A stretch of 64,000 nt of DNA from an uncultured Candidatus Saccharibacteria bacterium (lineage in GTDB: Bacteria > Patescibacteriota > Minisyncoccia > Phycocordibacterales > DAORIS01). Below are positions 29,992 to 40,094 of this stretch, piece by piece. The stretch spans positions 323,712 to 387,711 of the forward strand of contig CAZXUH010000001.1 in the NCBI GenBank assembly GCA_964644035.1, read 5' to 3'. The notes beneath the pieces were generated by a model. That model did no database searches. It was not told the DNA's origin and saw only the letters and a program-made list of their open reading frames with translations. Made by a program: the position numbers and the translations under genes. Numbering within the stretch: position 1 is the first letter of the stretch; each line of letters begins with the position of its first letter.

Positions 29992-30468
29992 CTACACGGT
30001 CAAATCATTCTCTGACTTTGTATCTATAACCTTTTGGAGAGATTTTCCAAAAACTGTCGATACTGTGGCAACGGTGAGAGAAATAAGAATAGCAATGGTA
30101 GCCATCATTGGAATTGGGGGACGATCATCACTTTCAGTAAGCAAAATCCACGTTGCTCCACCGATAATAAAAGGAATGCTAGCTAGAGCGCAGTATTTTA
30201 TAGTACGCAATGCCTTAACTGAAAACTCTGAAAACACTTCATTCTTTCCTATATATCCGAGAAGTTTGAATGCCTGATACAGCGCAATGAAAAAAGCAAT
30301 AGATGCAATATAGGCATATACCAAGAACGGATCATCAAAATAAACTTGAGAAAACGTAGCATTTGCATTTACCCCTTCAAACCAAGGCTCGACAAGCAAA
30401 AACGCAAGAGCGCCCAAAGCAACGAACACAAGCACTATCTGAAGAAATATTGTTGAACTTCTTTTCAT
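29992..30468 (-). CDS. DUF2975 membrane protein
   Basis: MKRSSTIFLQ..ALYQAFKLLGYI..FSEFSVKALRTIKYCA..KSENDLTV. Confidence 0.85.
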   Translation of the reverse strand: MKRSSTIFLQIVLVFVALGALAFLLVEPWFEGVNANATFSQVYFDDPFLVYAYIASIAFFIALYQAFKLLGYIGKNEVFSEFSVKALRTIKYCALASIPFIIGGATWILLTESDDRPPIPMMATIAILISLTVATVSTVFGKSLQKVIDTKSENDLTV

Positions 30469-30638
30469 ATTGTTTCTTTATATTTGTATATCTCTATCCT
30501 AATCTATCACTTATCGTTTGTCAATATATATTTATTGTTATTTTTTATGAATCCTTTGCCTATTATTTGACAAAATACATTTTGATGTTACAATAGAAAT
30601 TAATACTGTTCATTTACTCAAACTGAAAGGAGTATTGC

Positions 30639-31118
30639 ATGCACCGCAGAAAGATCACGTTTGAAGGAATCGGACCCGATGGACTGCTTGATAATATTGT
30701 GGGACGTAATCGTCATATGTCGAATACCGCCCACACGATGATCTGCAGCGACACGTTTCGCACCTCACCCAAAGGCTACTCGGGCGACACCTACATCGTT
30801 CGTGTATCTGAGTTGGGTCTTGTTGGCGAGCAGTGGCCTCTGGAAGAGATTTTGAAGAAGTTCGAGACCGATGGACACACTTTGTGTCCTCACGATCTCG
30901 CACCGCTCATTTTTCCCCGGATGTGCGAGCGCGAGCTCGGTAATGGATCGGTGGTCGTGGCCATGAAGCCAATCGAGAGCAAGCACCTGGCCCCTCATAT
31001 TTTCTCACTCGAGCGACGATTGGATTGTCCCATCAAGCTCTGGTTGGGAGGTATAAGCCCGTCAGATGATCTGTATCCCGACCAGCGACTCTTGGCCTTT
31101 AAGCCATTCAACCAATAA
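30639..31118 (+). CDS. Hypothetical protein (cassette)
   Basis: TTGACA 30567, TACAAT 30589, AAAGGAG SD, terminator at 31141-31172. Confidence 0.75.
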   Translation: MHRRKITFEGIGPDGLLDNIVGRNRHMSNTAHTMICSDTFRTSPKGYSGDTYIVRVSELGLVGEQWPLEEILKKFETDGHTLCPHDLAPLIFPRMCERELGNGSVVVAMKPIESKHLAPHIFSLERRLDCPIKLWLGGISPSDDLYPDQRLLAFKPFNQ

Positions 31119-31153
31119 AAGTTCTAGAGCTTATCTCTAGAAAACCCCGAACT

Positions 31154-31495
31154 TTAGTTTCGGGGTTTATTTTTATTTATGGTTTTTAACTTTTTAGAAC
31201 TTTTATTCATTACCCACTTTTGGGTAGCACTCATTGATTTGTCAGTTCTATGTACACATCCTACCCAGCAACACGGACGTCGCTTCCCTTCTATGAGTTC
31301 TGTAGCAACCCTTTTTATATGATCCTTTCTTGTTTCTTCGTTTTTGACCGAAATCGTCCAACATATCCATTCGTTGCGGGCGAGCGGAGTAATATCTTCC
31401 CATGCAGCTACAGCTTTCTGAGAAGAAGTAATTGCTTTGCGCAAATCATCAGGCAGTTTATGCACCGTACCATTAGAAATCCCTTTTGTAGGCAT
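31154..31495 (-). CDS. YdeI/OmpD-associated family protein
   Basis: LPDDLRKAI..WEDITPLARNEWICW..GKRRPCCW. Confidence 0.85.
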   Translation of the reverse strand: MPTKGISNGTVHKLPDDLRKAITSSQKAVAAWEDITPLARNEWICWTISVKNEETRKDHIKRVATELIEGKRRPCCWVGCVHRTDKSMSATQKWVMNKSSKKLKTINKNKPRN

Positions 31496-31535
31496 ATGAC
31501 TATATTAACAAATAAATAAAGAGTATACTTTTTAT

Positions 31536-31958
31536 ATGGCAGAACTAAAAACCAAAGCGACAAAGGAGAGTCCAATAAAATTCTTAAAAACTATAGAGCC
31601 AGAGCAAAAACAGACTGATGCTTTTACGCTTCTCAAGATATTCGAAAAAGCTACTAGTCAGAAACCTGTTATGTGGGGTACGAGTATTGTTGGTTTTGGA
31701 ATGTATCACTACAAGTCCGAACGAAGTACTCAAGAGGGCGATTGGCCACTTGTAGCATTTTCTCCGCGCAAGCAAAACCTCACACTCTATATAATGCATG
31801 GAAATTCAGACAAAAAAGACCTTCTCAAGAAACTTGGGAAACACAAAGCTGGCGGTGGATGCCTATACATCAATAAACTTTCAGATGTAGACCAAAAAGT
31901 CATTCCTATTCTCATCAAAAACACCTACAAATACATGAAGAAGATGTACGACAAGTAA
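31536..31958 (+). CDS. DUF1801 protein
   Basis: MWGTSIVGFGMYHY..FSPRKQNLTLY..LGKHK..CLYINKL. Confidence 0.88.
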   Translation: MAELKTKATKESPIKFLKTIEPEQKQTDAFTLLKIFEKATSQKPVMWGTSIVGFGMYHYKSERSTQEGDWPLVAFSPRKQNLTLYIMHGNSDKKDLLKKLGKHKAGGGCLYINKLSDVDQKVIPILIKNTYKYMKKMYDK

Positions 31959-32044
31959 GATATAAAATATTTGACTTTATATTTAATAAATGTTATAATA
32001 TATAAAGATAGTACACACAACAACTTTACTTAAAGGAGTATTTC

Positions 32045-32344
32045 ATGGCAGCGACACTCAGCAAGGCAAGCCAAAAACGTTTTTGGAAAAAGTGGATTGC
32101 TTCGGGGGCTGTGAAAATCGACCAACAGAACCATCCGGAAATTCTCCCAGGAGAAGTCTGGATCACCAACGCAGACATTTATTCCCTCCCCAAAATCGGG
32201 TGGACCAGCAAACGTTGTGGCAAGATTGCCTACGATTGCTACGGGAAAGAAACGAACTCGAAACGCTGGCCAGGCGCATTCCCTGTATTTGCCCGAGCAA
32301 GCGAGCTCGCAGCAGCCGGCGTAGTGATCAAGCTCCGGCTGTAA
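32045..32344 (+). CDS. Hypothetical protein (cassette)
   Basis: TTGACT 31971-N17-TATAAT 31994, AAAGGAG SD, terminator at 32352-32401. Confidence 0.75.
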   Translation: MAATLSKASQKRFWKKWIASGAVKIDQQNHPEILPGEVWITNADIYSLPKIGWTSKRCGKIAYDCYGKETNSKRWPGAFPVFARASELAAAGVVIKLRL

Positions 32345-32458
32345 GTCATTCAACCACCGAGAACCGTCGACAATTCGACAGGTTGTCGGTGGTTTTCTTT
32401 TACAAAAAAATTCCTCGCTTTTAATATTTGACAGATTTTGTCTTTGTACTAAACTGCA

Positions 32459-32718
32459 AAAAGGGTTAGTGGACACATCCTTTCATCGCTTTACACATGG
32501 AGGTTCCATGGGAAGAATGAAGGTCGCTACGTAGCCGCCACCGCATCGATTTATAAGCGGGAGAGCGGCGAAAAACAGCCTTAATCGGCGATCAACGCAG
32601 AACAACCCTTCAATGGGTCTATCGTTCCTTTCTGGTGAGTTGCAGTCAAGTTTCGGAGAAACAGACTTGCAAGGTACCAAAGCATGGAACAAGGACGAAC
32701 TTCGGTTCGTCCTTTTTT
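32459..32718 (+). ncRNA. Candidate structured ncRNA (possibly 6S-like)
   Basis: Promoter TTGACA 32428 / TAAACT 32450; only an 8-aa ORF; many helices; UUCG terminator at 32691-32718. Confidence 0.5.
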
Positions 32719-32816
32719 ATTGCCACATTTTAAATAGATTTGTTAAATGAATTTGCTTTAAATCCCCTTTTGGCTAACATTAACGAAAACTGATCTTTTA
32801 CACGAAAGGAGTCCTG

Positions 32817-33299
32817 TTGAAATCATCGACAAATGATGACCTGGATCAACAAATCATCTCGATTACTCAATCTTCTCAATCCAGAAAGGAGGCTCTCGAT
32901 AAAATGCGTGAAAAAAATATCGAGCTTGGATTCATTGAGCCATCTGCTCTTTATGACGCATCGCTCGAAGAAATTACAAGCGACCAGAAGAAAGGATTGG
33001 TCAGGATTGCAGGTGTAAGTGTTCTGATCATATTTTTCTTGTGGGTACTCAAATGGCTTTCTAGACCAGTCAATCCACACCTGTGCACTGTATGCGATTT
33101 CATTTCTCTTATCTTTTACGCTGTGATCGCGGTTTCTACGTTTTTTTATTTATTCTTAAGTCATCCTTTAATGTCGAGGGATATTAAGTTTGACCGTACA
33201 CTCAGCGGACACTGTCGTGAATGCGGATATGATTTGAGAGAAACACCTGATCGATGTCCTGAATGTGGAACTGTGCCACCCAACCACCCTCCAAGTTGA
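32817..33299 (+). CDS. 2-TM membrane protein with C-terminal CxxCGYDLRxxPxRCPECG Zn finger (cassette)
   Basis: AAAGGAG with TTG start; [20 protein letters not shown]; terminator at 33282-33310 overlaps the stop. Confidence 0.8.
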   Translation: MKSSTNDDLDQQIISITQSSQSRKEALDKMREKNIELGFIEPSALYDASLEEITSDQKKGLVRIAGVSVLIIFFLWVLKWLSRPVNPHLCTVCDFISLIFYAVIAVSTFFYLFLSHPLMSRDIKFDRTLSGHCRECGYDLRETPDRCPECGTVPPNHPPS

Positions 33300-33378
33300 G
33301 GGTGGTTTTTATTTCCTTGTCATTCTGCTTTATTTGAGTAGGATAAGAATCAGAAAGAACTTTTACCAAGGAGTTTCA

Positions 33379-33603
33379 ATGCCTCGATCAAGAGTATCGG
33401 ACAAGTTCAGCGTCTGTGTTCCGACCAAAGATGGCGCCCTCAAAGGCAAATACCATATCGGAATTAATCGCAATTACAGGAGAGGAAAAGGTGTCGTGAC
33501 ATTGTCGAATCTCATCTCCTTCGTGAGGAGAAAACGTCTCAATCCTTCGAAGGTCCAGATCGACAAAGGTTTTGGTTGCCTTGCCACTGTATTGGGAACA
33601 TAA
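33379..33603 (+). CDS. Small basic protein (cassette)
   Basis: TTGTCA..TAGGAT promoter, AAGGAG SD, start MPRSRVSDK, terminator at 33614-33639. Confidence 0.7.
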   Translation: MPRSRVSDKFSVCVPTKDGALKGKYHIGINRNYRRGKGVVTLSNLISFVRRKRLNPSKVQIDKGFGCLATVLGT

Positions 33604-33715
33604 AACCTTAATTACCGCACATATGATGTGCGGTTTTTTAATTTGTTTGACTTTTGTGATTTAATATGTTATTATACATATTAGTTCATTCAAACACACA
33701 ACGAAAGGGACACTC

Positions 33716-34219
33716 ATGACGGAACGACGCTCTGAACTGCCAGACAGACCCGATCGTCGGGGAAGTCTTGGAAAAATCATGGACTTCGGAGTAAACAAGT
33801 CCACCTACCTCTACAATCTCTTGGAAATACAAATGAGTATTGTGGACGCCACTGAAGCAGCGACCTTTCTTCTCATCGGAGAAGACGAAGCAAACCGTGT
33901 TTTGGAAAAGGTCGTGCACATACGCGACGATGATCCTACAGCCGAGCAGTTGGAAAATTCTGCAAAAGAATTTCAACGCGTCGCTCAACAGGGTATCGAC
34001 CACATGAAACATTGTGCGCTTCCCCTCGAAGAGATTCATCACAACGAACTGGGTGACTTCGTCATTGCGCTGTTGTTTTACAACGAAGCAAAAATGGCTG
34101 GAGTTTCTTGTTTCGTCGTCCTCGACATCAACGAGGACATAGCAAGAGTTTTACTGGAAAGAGCAAGGGCGATGAGTGGCTATTTTGAATTTTACATGGC
34201 CGCGCAAAAGCTGTTGTGA
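33716..34219 (+). CDS. Stand-alone GAF-like domain protein (cassette)
   Basis: TTGACT..TATTAT promoter, AAAGGG SD, terminator at 34250-34275; alpha/beta pattern suggests a GAF fold. Confidence 0.65.
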   Translation: MTERRSELPDRPDRRGSLGKIMDFGVNKSTYLYNLLEIQMSIVDATEAATFLLIGEDEANRVLEKVVHIRDDDPTAEQLENSAKEFQRVAQQGIDHMKHCALPLEEIHHNELGDFVIALLFYNEAKMAGVSCFVVLDINEDIARVLLERARAMSGYFEFYMAAQKLL

Positions 34220-34330
34220 CTGAATGCTCCATAATGACTCCGTTGCGATCCGCACCCTTACAGGTGCGGTTTTTTATATAAAAAAACCACGTACGAAAGT
34301 ACGTGGTTAAAGTGATAGCTTGACCTGAAT

Positions 34331-35002
34331 TCAATACTCAGCGTTGAGCAAAGCCCAATTTTCGTTTGCCTTGGGCTTGATCGCGTCTGAACCTTGTTTA
34401 CAGAGAGGACAATCGGTTATTTCCCAAACCGGCAAAGAGCGCTCGACTAAACTCACAACTCGCCTACCGTTGACCTGTTTGAGACCAGAACGATTGACCA
34501 ACACACCGATGAACGGAAGAACTATTCCACCTGCCTCGTTGACGGCATTTACCACCTTTTCAACACTGCCACCGGTTGTAAGCACGTCTTCAACAAGCAA
34601 AATCCTCTCTTCGCGACGGATGACTGTCTTGTTGAAAACCATGGCTTCGTTGTATCCCTTGGTGGTTACCTTTTCGGTATACGCGCGAAGACAAGACTGT
34701 TCAGTTTGCATCGAGATCTGACGTGCCATATCGTGGGCAATCGTAATTGCCCCCATTGCCGGACCGACAACCCGATCCACTTGTTGCAGATGCAAACCAT
34801 TCACGTTGAGCTTATGCATGAGGTCAAACACTGCCTCATCGAGAAAGCGAGGGTCTTCCATGACCAATTCGCTGTTGAAAAACCCGCTCGAATGTTTGCC
34901 AGAACTGAGTAGAGCATGCGGCCGTTTCGGATTGCCGTCATGCATCCACAGAGCATTGCGTTGCTCGTACTGCTTGATCCAAAGCGCTTCATTTCTCACC
35001 AT
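34331..35002 (-). CDS. pyrE: Orotate phosphoribosyltransferase-like
   Basis: LLSSGKHS, VVGPAMGAI, PRPP motif ILLVEDVLTTGGS, CPLC..KP; terminator at 34281-34308. Confidence 0.8.
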   Translation of the reverse strand: MVRNEALWIKQYEQRNALWMHDGNPKRPHALLSSGKHSSGFFNSELVMEDPRFLDEAVFDLMHKLNVNGLHLQQVDRVVGPAMGAITIAHDMARQISMQTEQSCLRAYTEKVTTKGYNEAMVFNKTVIRREERILLVEDVLTTGGSVEKVVNAVNEAGGIVLPFIGVLVNRSGLKQVNGRRVVSLVERSLPVWEITDCPLCKQGSDAIKPKANENWALLNAEY

Positions 35003-35184
35003 AGGTCACCCTTTCAATGTTCAAATAATACGCTTAAGGTGGTATAAGACCTTGTCGAACAGTCGACTCTGTGGCCAGATTAGACCAAAACCCCCTTTAA
35101 ATCAAATAAAAAAACTGCTCACAACGTTTCCTTAATATCTCTTTTTTCGCTACAATACACAGTATTGACGGCGTTTACACTACA

Positions 35185-36243
35185 ATGTCTTCACATTCTC
35201 AACATTCGCACTATCATCACAAACACAGAAGACGACGCATACTTAAGATTTCTGGTCTTGCCTTGGTTCTCATCCTGATTGGCTTTATTTTATTCATGTC
35301 TTTGCCATCGTTGATTGCGTATAAAGAAGAATATCAGCAGAAAATCATCCTTTCAGAAATGACTGAACAATTCCCTGTCTCAGTCGATCCAAGAAATAAA
35401 ACGATTAAAGAAGATGAGAATATAGAAGCTTTTCTCGAAAGTCCTCACTCTCCTCTTGTATCAAATGTATTGCATGCTGGTCGTTCATTTTGGTCACGAT
35501 TCAACAGAACGGCACTGAGTATTGTTTCAGCACCATGGTATCAAAGCATAGCTTCAGTCAGCGGACGATTGGTCGTTATTACTCCTGGTATGAGAAAGGA
35601 GGAAGTAGCGTCAATGTTTGCCAAAGCATTGCGCTGGGATGAAAAACAAAAACAGCAATTTGTTACGCCACAAGGAGATTCAACACTTCCTTTGAAGGAA
35701 GGTTCATTTGCACCAGGTACGTATTTTTTACCCATTGGAACTAGTCCTGAAAATGCTCAGATAATAGTAAATCAGCGTTTTACCGATGAAGTGCTCTCTA
35801 GATACAGCGATTCGACCGAAGAAATAGTGCCGCTCGAACAAGCACTTATTGTCGCTTCGCTTATTCAACGTGAAACGATAGAAAATGAAGATATGCGACT
35901 CATATCAGGTATTATTTGGAATCGACTCTTTATCAATATGAAACTTCAAGTAGACGCTACTCTTCAATACGCAAAGACCAATCAAAAAACTGCTCAAAAC
36001 TGGTGGCCAAAAGTCGTGCCTGCAGATAAATATATAAAGTCAGCTTATAATACGTATCAAAATAAAGGCTTACCTCCTGCACCTATTGCCAACCCTTCGG
36101 TTGCTGCTATTGTCGCCGCTCTCAATCCTATAAAAACACCTTGCATCTTTTATTTCAATGATTTAAAAGGAGATTTTCATTGCAGCGTCACCTACGAAGA
36201 ACATGTTGCACTTTTGAAAGAACACTACGGCCGAGGAAGATAG
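35185..36243 (+). CDS. mltG: Endolytic transglycosylase MltG
   Basis: EGSFAPGTY, ASLIQRE, ISGIIWNRL, LQVDATLQY, YNTY..GLPPAPIANP. Confidence 0.9.
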   Translation: MSSHSQHSHYHHKHRRRRILKISGLALVLILIGFILFMSLPSLIAYKEEYQQKIILSEMTEQFPVSVDPRNKTIKEDENIEAFLESPHSPLVSNVLHAGRSFWSRFNRTALSIVSAPWYQSIASVSGRLVVITPGMRKEEVASMFAKALRWDEKQKQQFVTPQGDSTLPLKEGSFAPGTYFLPIGTSPENAQIIVNQRFTDEVLSRYSDSTEEIVPLEQALIVASLIQRETIENEDMRLISGIIWNRLFINMKLQVDATLQYAKTNQKTAQNWWPKVVPADKYIKSAYNTYQNKGLPPAPIANPSVAAIVAALNPIKTPCIFYFNDLKGDFHCSVTYEEHVALLKEHYGRGR

Positions 36244-36335
36244 TAAACAAAAAAAACTTGTTTTTCTTCTCTCCAAGAGTAAGATGAGGGTGGACATTGT
36301 TGTACCAAGAATGCATTCATTTTTGAAAGGAAATT

Positions 36336-36476
36336 ATGAATCCTCTTTCATGGTTTATTTTGGTTGTTATCGTGGTTGCCGCAGGAATATTGTCTGCCCG
36401 CATGATACGTTCCAAATTGCCTGAAGGTAGTCAGGGCAACAAAAAGCCCGGCAAGTCTCGAATACATTTCAGATGA
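36336..36476 (+). CDS. 46-aa single-TM micro-protein (cassette)
   Basis: Manual translation MNPLSWFILVVIVVAAGILSARMIRSKLPEGSQGNKKPGKSRIHFR; AAAGGA SD; terminator at 36503-36526. Confidence 0.65.
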   Translation: MNPLSWFILVVIVVAAGILSARMIRSKLPEGSQGNKKPGKSRIHFR

Positions 36477-36595
36477 ACCGATCACATAACTACCTATTCC
36501 TCAACCGTCCATTTTGGACGGTTTTTATTTTGACATAACATATTTAAAATGATATAATATTAAAAGAGTTATTTTTTCACTTACAAAGGAGCAGT

Positions 36596-36895
36596 ATGTC
36601 AGAGTCACGAACACCAATCGAGGTCGACAATGACGACAAAGTTCAACGCAAACGCATAACTACCGCCTTTAAGGCAATTTTTCTCCCCTCCAAGCCGAAA
36701 ACGCCTGAAGAATTGGCCGAGCAGCTTAAAAAAGATCTACTAGGCACCCTAATTCATTGCGGAATGGTTGATAGCGATGACATCGAAACATTTATCGATG
36801 ACATCGCCGAGCAATACAATTTTGACATTACAGCCGTTCGCGCATCATTTGAGACCGCCTGGGAAAGCACCAAGAAAATCGTTGCTGGTCCCTAA
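36596..36895 (+). CDS. Hypothetical protein (cassette)
   Basis: TTGACA 36530-N17-TATAAT 36553, AAAGGAG SD, terminator at 36906-36944. Confidence 0.75.
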   Translation: MSESRTPIEVDNDDKVQRKRITTAFKAIFLPSKPKTPEELAEQLKKDLLGTLIHCGMVDSDDIETFIDDIAEQYNFDITAVRASFETAWESTKKIVAGP

Positions 36896-36952
36896 CTGCA
36901 CACTTCCCGCCTCTACGGAAACCCGTGGGAGCGGGTTTTCTTTTATTTAGAA

Positions 36953-37840
36953 TTATTTTTTTATAAGTACGCCGTAAATAAAGTTGCACGGAAGTTCGAG
37001 TTTACCAAGAAAGTTTGAAGCGAGTTGGTACGTATCTTTATTTTCTTCAAGAAATCGTTCTACTGCGAGCATTGGCGAAGTTTCATGTCCATAAAATCCC
37101 TGATCCCACGTATCCTGCATAAGAATCACATCACCAGATTGAAGCATAGGTGCAAATGCACACAGTTCATTATAGGTATGCTGATATGAATGATCGTCAT
37201 CAAAAGAAAACAGTACTTTCTGACCAGGTTTTCTTTGTGCGATAAAAGATGAGACTTCTTGTTTGCAATCGAGCGTGCTTTTGCCAAAAAGTGATTTTAC
37301 TTTATCCCATGTCTTATATCTATCGTGGAAAACCCCTGCCCTTTCAACGTCATTGTCTGAAATATCTATTGTCAAAATCTGCGGACTGCAGTATTTTTGC
37401 GCTAGTTCATAATAAAAGACCGTTGAACCTCCAGAAGCCGTACCAAAATCAACAATTATTTCAGGTTTAAATTCTGAGAATATAAGGGGTATGTTTTTAT
37501 CGATATCAGTATTGACCTGTAAGAAAGGCATCGTTGCGCCATTCCTGTTTAGATTGTTGTGAGCCCAACCTATATCCTTGCCATCTTTTTTAATATGACC
37601 AAGCGCTGGATAACCCAATACATTTTCACCTGAGAAAAACTGTATATTGTTTGTAAGATTTACTTTTTGAGGATGCACTTTTGCAACATGTTCTTTCAGA
37701 CCAGAGAGGAGTTTGGCTTCTCGACGTGAGAAAAGCGACATTTGAGCCTGCTTTATATAGTAGGCAATAATATTTCTGACATACAACACATAGTGATACG
37801 CCTTTTTCAGGCCAGGGATTCTTTTGATTGATTGCAACAT
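36953..37840 (-). CDS. CmcI/rhamnosyl O-methyltransferase-like SAM methyltransferase
   Basis: KPEIIVDFGTASGGS, LTIDI, DDDHSYQH, GDVILMQDT, SPMLAVERFL. Confidence 0.8.
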   Translation of the reverse strand: MLQSIKRIPGLKKAYHYVLYVRNIIAYYIKQAQMSLFSRREAKLLSGLKEHVAKVHPQKVNLTNNIQFFSGENVLGYPALGHIKKDGKDIGWAHNNLNRNGATMPFLQVNTDIDKNIPLIFSEFKPEIIVDFGTASGGSTVFYYELAQKYCSPQILTIDISDNDVERAGVFHDRYKTWDKVKSLFGKSTLDCKQEVSSFIAQRKPGQKVLFSFDDDHSYQHTYNELCAFAPMLQSGDVILMQDTWDQGFYGHETSPMLAVERFLEENKDTYQLASNFLGKLELPCNFIYGVLIKK

Positions 37841-37860
37841 ATAGAGGGATTCAGGAATGA

Positions 37861-38187
37861 TTAGAGACCGTTCTGAGCGTGCAACGATGCAGATGAAACT
37901 GACGCTTGTGTATCGTGAGGCACGTTTTTGAGTGCCACTATTTCATCTGTAAGTTTTTTGTTTTCCTTTTTGAGTTTAGAAATAGCAAAAGTACTTTTTA
38001 GTGCTCCAGGGATAGTAAGAAGAACGCTGATAATCGCTCCGACAAGTCCTGAGAGCAAAATAATGATTGCAACAGATGAAGTCAGTTCCCATACGAGAAA
38101 CGTGACTGTAACAGGAAAAAGGTTCTGCAATGCAAACGTAACCGATACTGCTCCAATAATAAGTCCTAAAATAAGTGAAAGTAACAT
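37861..38187 (-). CDS. LapA (DUF1049) family membrane protein
   Basis: FALQNLFPVTVTFLVW, two TMs, coiled-coil tail. Confidence 0.8.
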   Translation of the reverse strand: MLLSLILGLIIGAVSVTFALQNLFPVTVTFLVWELTSSVAIIILLSGLVGAIISVLLTIPGALKSTFAISKLKKENKKLTDEIVALKNVPHDTQASVSSASLHAQNGL

Positions 38188-38204
38188 ATAAATATTCTTA
38201 ATTT

Positions 38205-38564
38205 TTATTTTTCCTGATTATCAAGCTTTGCTGCCGCTTCGGGAGTTGATACGGTCTTACCCATGAGGAAAAGTTTAATAATACCCATAGCAACTACCCA
38301 GTAGACGAACATTGCAAGAAGTGTTGTCCATTCAAAAACGCTGCCAGCAACTCGAGTAATACCAAAGACATTGAGAAATGGAGCTGCAAAAATATAAGTT
38401 ATACCGTAAATAAAGCTTGTAAAACCAGCTTCAGGATTTGCACCGAGAAGCTTTAGTACAAATCTAAATGCAAGCAAGACTTCGATAAGACCGAAAATAT
38501 ACCAGACAATTTGAGTACCACGATAGAGAGGTTTGGTACTTGATGATGTATACGATGAGTCCAT
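38205..38564 (-). CDS. YGGT family membrane protein
   Basis: IEVLLAFRFVLKLLGANP..FIYGITYIFAAPF. Confidence 0.8.
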   Translation of the reverse strand: MDSSYTSSSTKPLYRGTQIVWYIFGLIEVLLAFRFVLKLLGANPEAGFTSFIYGITYIFAAPFLNVFGITRVAGSVFEWTTLLAMFVYWVVAMGIIKLFLMGKTVSTPEAAAKLDNQEK

Positions 38565-38811
38565 AAAGATTAAAGATATTACTGCTTGTAAACGTACCTT
38601 GAGTATACACCCATATCCTCTTTTTTGAGAAATGCCCCCATCTTGCCAGTATTAGCAATATGAGATAAATATATCTTAGTAACAGCTTTCCCGCTGAAGA
38701 GCCCATCTACGTATCACGCGTAGCTCTGGGCTTTTTATTTTGACAATACATCGACAATACTCTAGTGTTTTATTGAATTACGTTCTTTACCAACTCTTAC
38801 CTAGGAGATAT

Positions 38812-39372
38812 ATGGATCAAGAAACGGAAAAAACGCTTCAGCGAATGATGATTACCGGCACCGTATTTATGTGGGTCCACACTGCCAACCTACTGATTGT
38901 TTCAATGGCGAGAAATTTGTCCGCAATAGAACGTGAATATGTCTTTGAAGACGGTCCTGAGCTTGGGCTCAAATATAGACAGGCAGGAATTCATCTGTGG
39001 CCACATCTAGCAGAAAAACATGTCGGAGCATTTGAGCAGGCCCAAAAATACGACGCCGAGCTGGATAAAAAATTGGAAATGTCTGGCACCGACAAACAGA
39101 AGAGGGAGAATTTGAGAACTTTGGTGTTGGTGGCCAATTTATACAACTTAGACAAAGAAGATTTTAGGTGTCCGGATCTAGAACGAATTCTGAAACACCT
39201 TGAATACATGCACTCCGAGGGTCATATCAATCGGATGAAAAATATGGGTCAAAGAATTGAGTATTTCGAGGAAATTCAACTATTTGTCCGAGAAATGCGA
39301 CAGAGCACCAGAATTTTGATATGGCGTAAAAATCAAATCAAGGAAAACACTGATCAAACAAAAACAGATTGA
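38812..39372 (+). CDS. Hypothetical helical protein (cassette)
   Basis: TTGACA 38740, AGGAG SD, start MDQETEK, terminator at 39378-39404. Confidence 0.7.
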   Translation: MDQETEKTLQRMMITGTVFMWVHTANLLIVSMARNLSAIEREYVFEDGPELGLKYRQAGIHLWPHLAEKHVGAFEQAQKYDAELDKKLEMSGTDKQKRENLRTLVLVANLYNLDKEDFRCPDLERILKHLEYMHSEGHINRMKNMGQRIEYFEEIQLFVREMRQSTRILIWRKNQIKENTDQTKTD

Positions 39373-39467
39373 CACGAGCCGCCATGAAAATGGCGGTCTT
39401 TTTTATTACTTGCCTTCCTGAGCGATTGGAGTAGTATCGTTATAGACACTTTTACAAGGAGTATTAG

Positions 39468-39899
39468 ATGAATACTGTCAGCGAAAGTTCACTTGGTCAG
39501 CTCGAGCAACGAGAATACGATCGAAACAGGTTCATCGTAAAGATGATCCAGGATATCGAGCGGGCAGAAGAGGATCTTTTACCGAAACATGGAATTGAAA
39601 AATTCAGCGCTGACCTAGTCGTCGCCATTGCGCTGCAACTTCGGGAACGAGCAGAAGATCGAACTCCAAAACCCCCGGCTGTGAACACCTGCGAAGAGGT
39701 GTGGAATTTCTTCCACACTCAAATCTGGCCTCGAATCATCAATTTCAGTCCGGACACAGCCGAGCAAGATTTCATTGCTGGAAAACTGCTAGGACATGCC
39801 TACCAATCCCTCACACAACCATTCGAACGCAAATTCCTGAAAGTCACTACTGATGGCCGTGAAGATTTTTTGGATCGAGTTGAGAAACATCTGCTGTGA
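39468..39899 (+). CDS. Hypothetical protein (cassette)
   Basis: TTGCCT..TAGTAT promoter, AAGGAG SD, terminator at 39981-40015. Confidence 0.7.
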   Translation: MNTVSESSLGQLEQREYDRNRFIVKMIQDIERAEEDLLPKHGIEKFSADLVVAIALQLRERAEDRTPKPPAVNTCEEVWNFFHTQIWPRIINFSPDTAEQDFIAGKLLGHAYQSLTQPFERKFLKVTTDGREDFLDRVEKHLL

Positions 39900-40094
39900 A
39901 CATCTCACTTGCACTTTCCTACAGTTTTGCGAGTATTACCACAGCACACGTTCCGTGCATGGCGCATTTTCTCCCCTCCGAGGGGCACCGGTATACAAGC
40001 CGGTGCCCCTTTTTTCATTCATTGACAGACTGGCTTTCAGTGGTAATGTAAAAGAGTATTAGTCCCCTACACGTCTTATTTACACGGAGGTTCT

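Noticed and set aside
32483-32692. 69-aa minus-strand ORF; also a retron msr-msd reading of the RNA
   Set aside because: Promoter and terminator point to + strand transcription, and no reverse transcriptase is present in the window.
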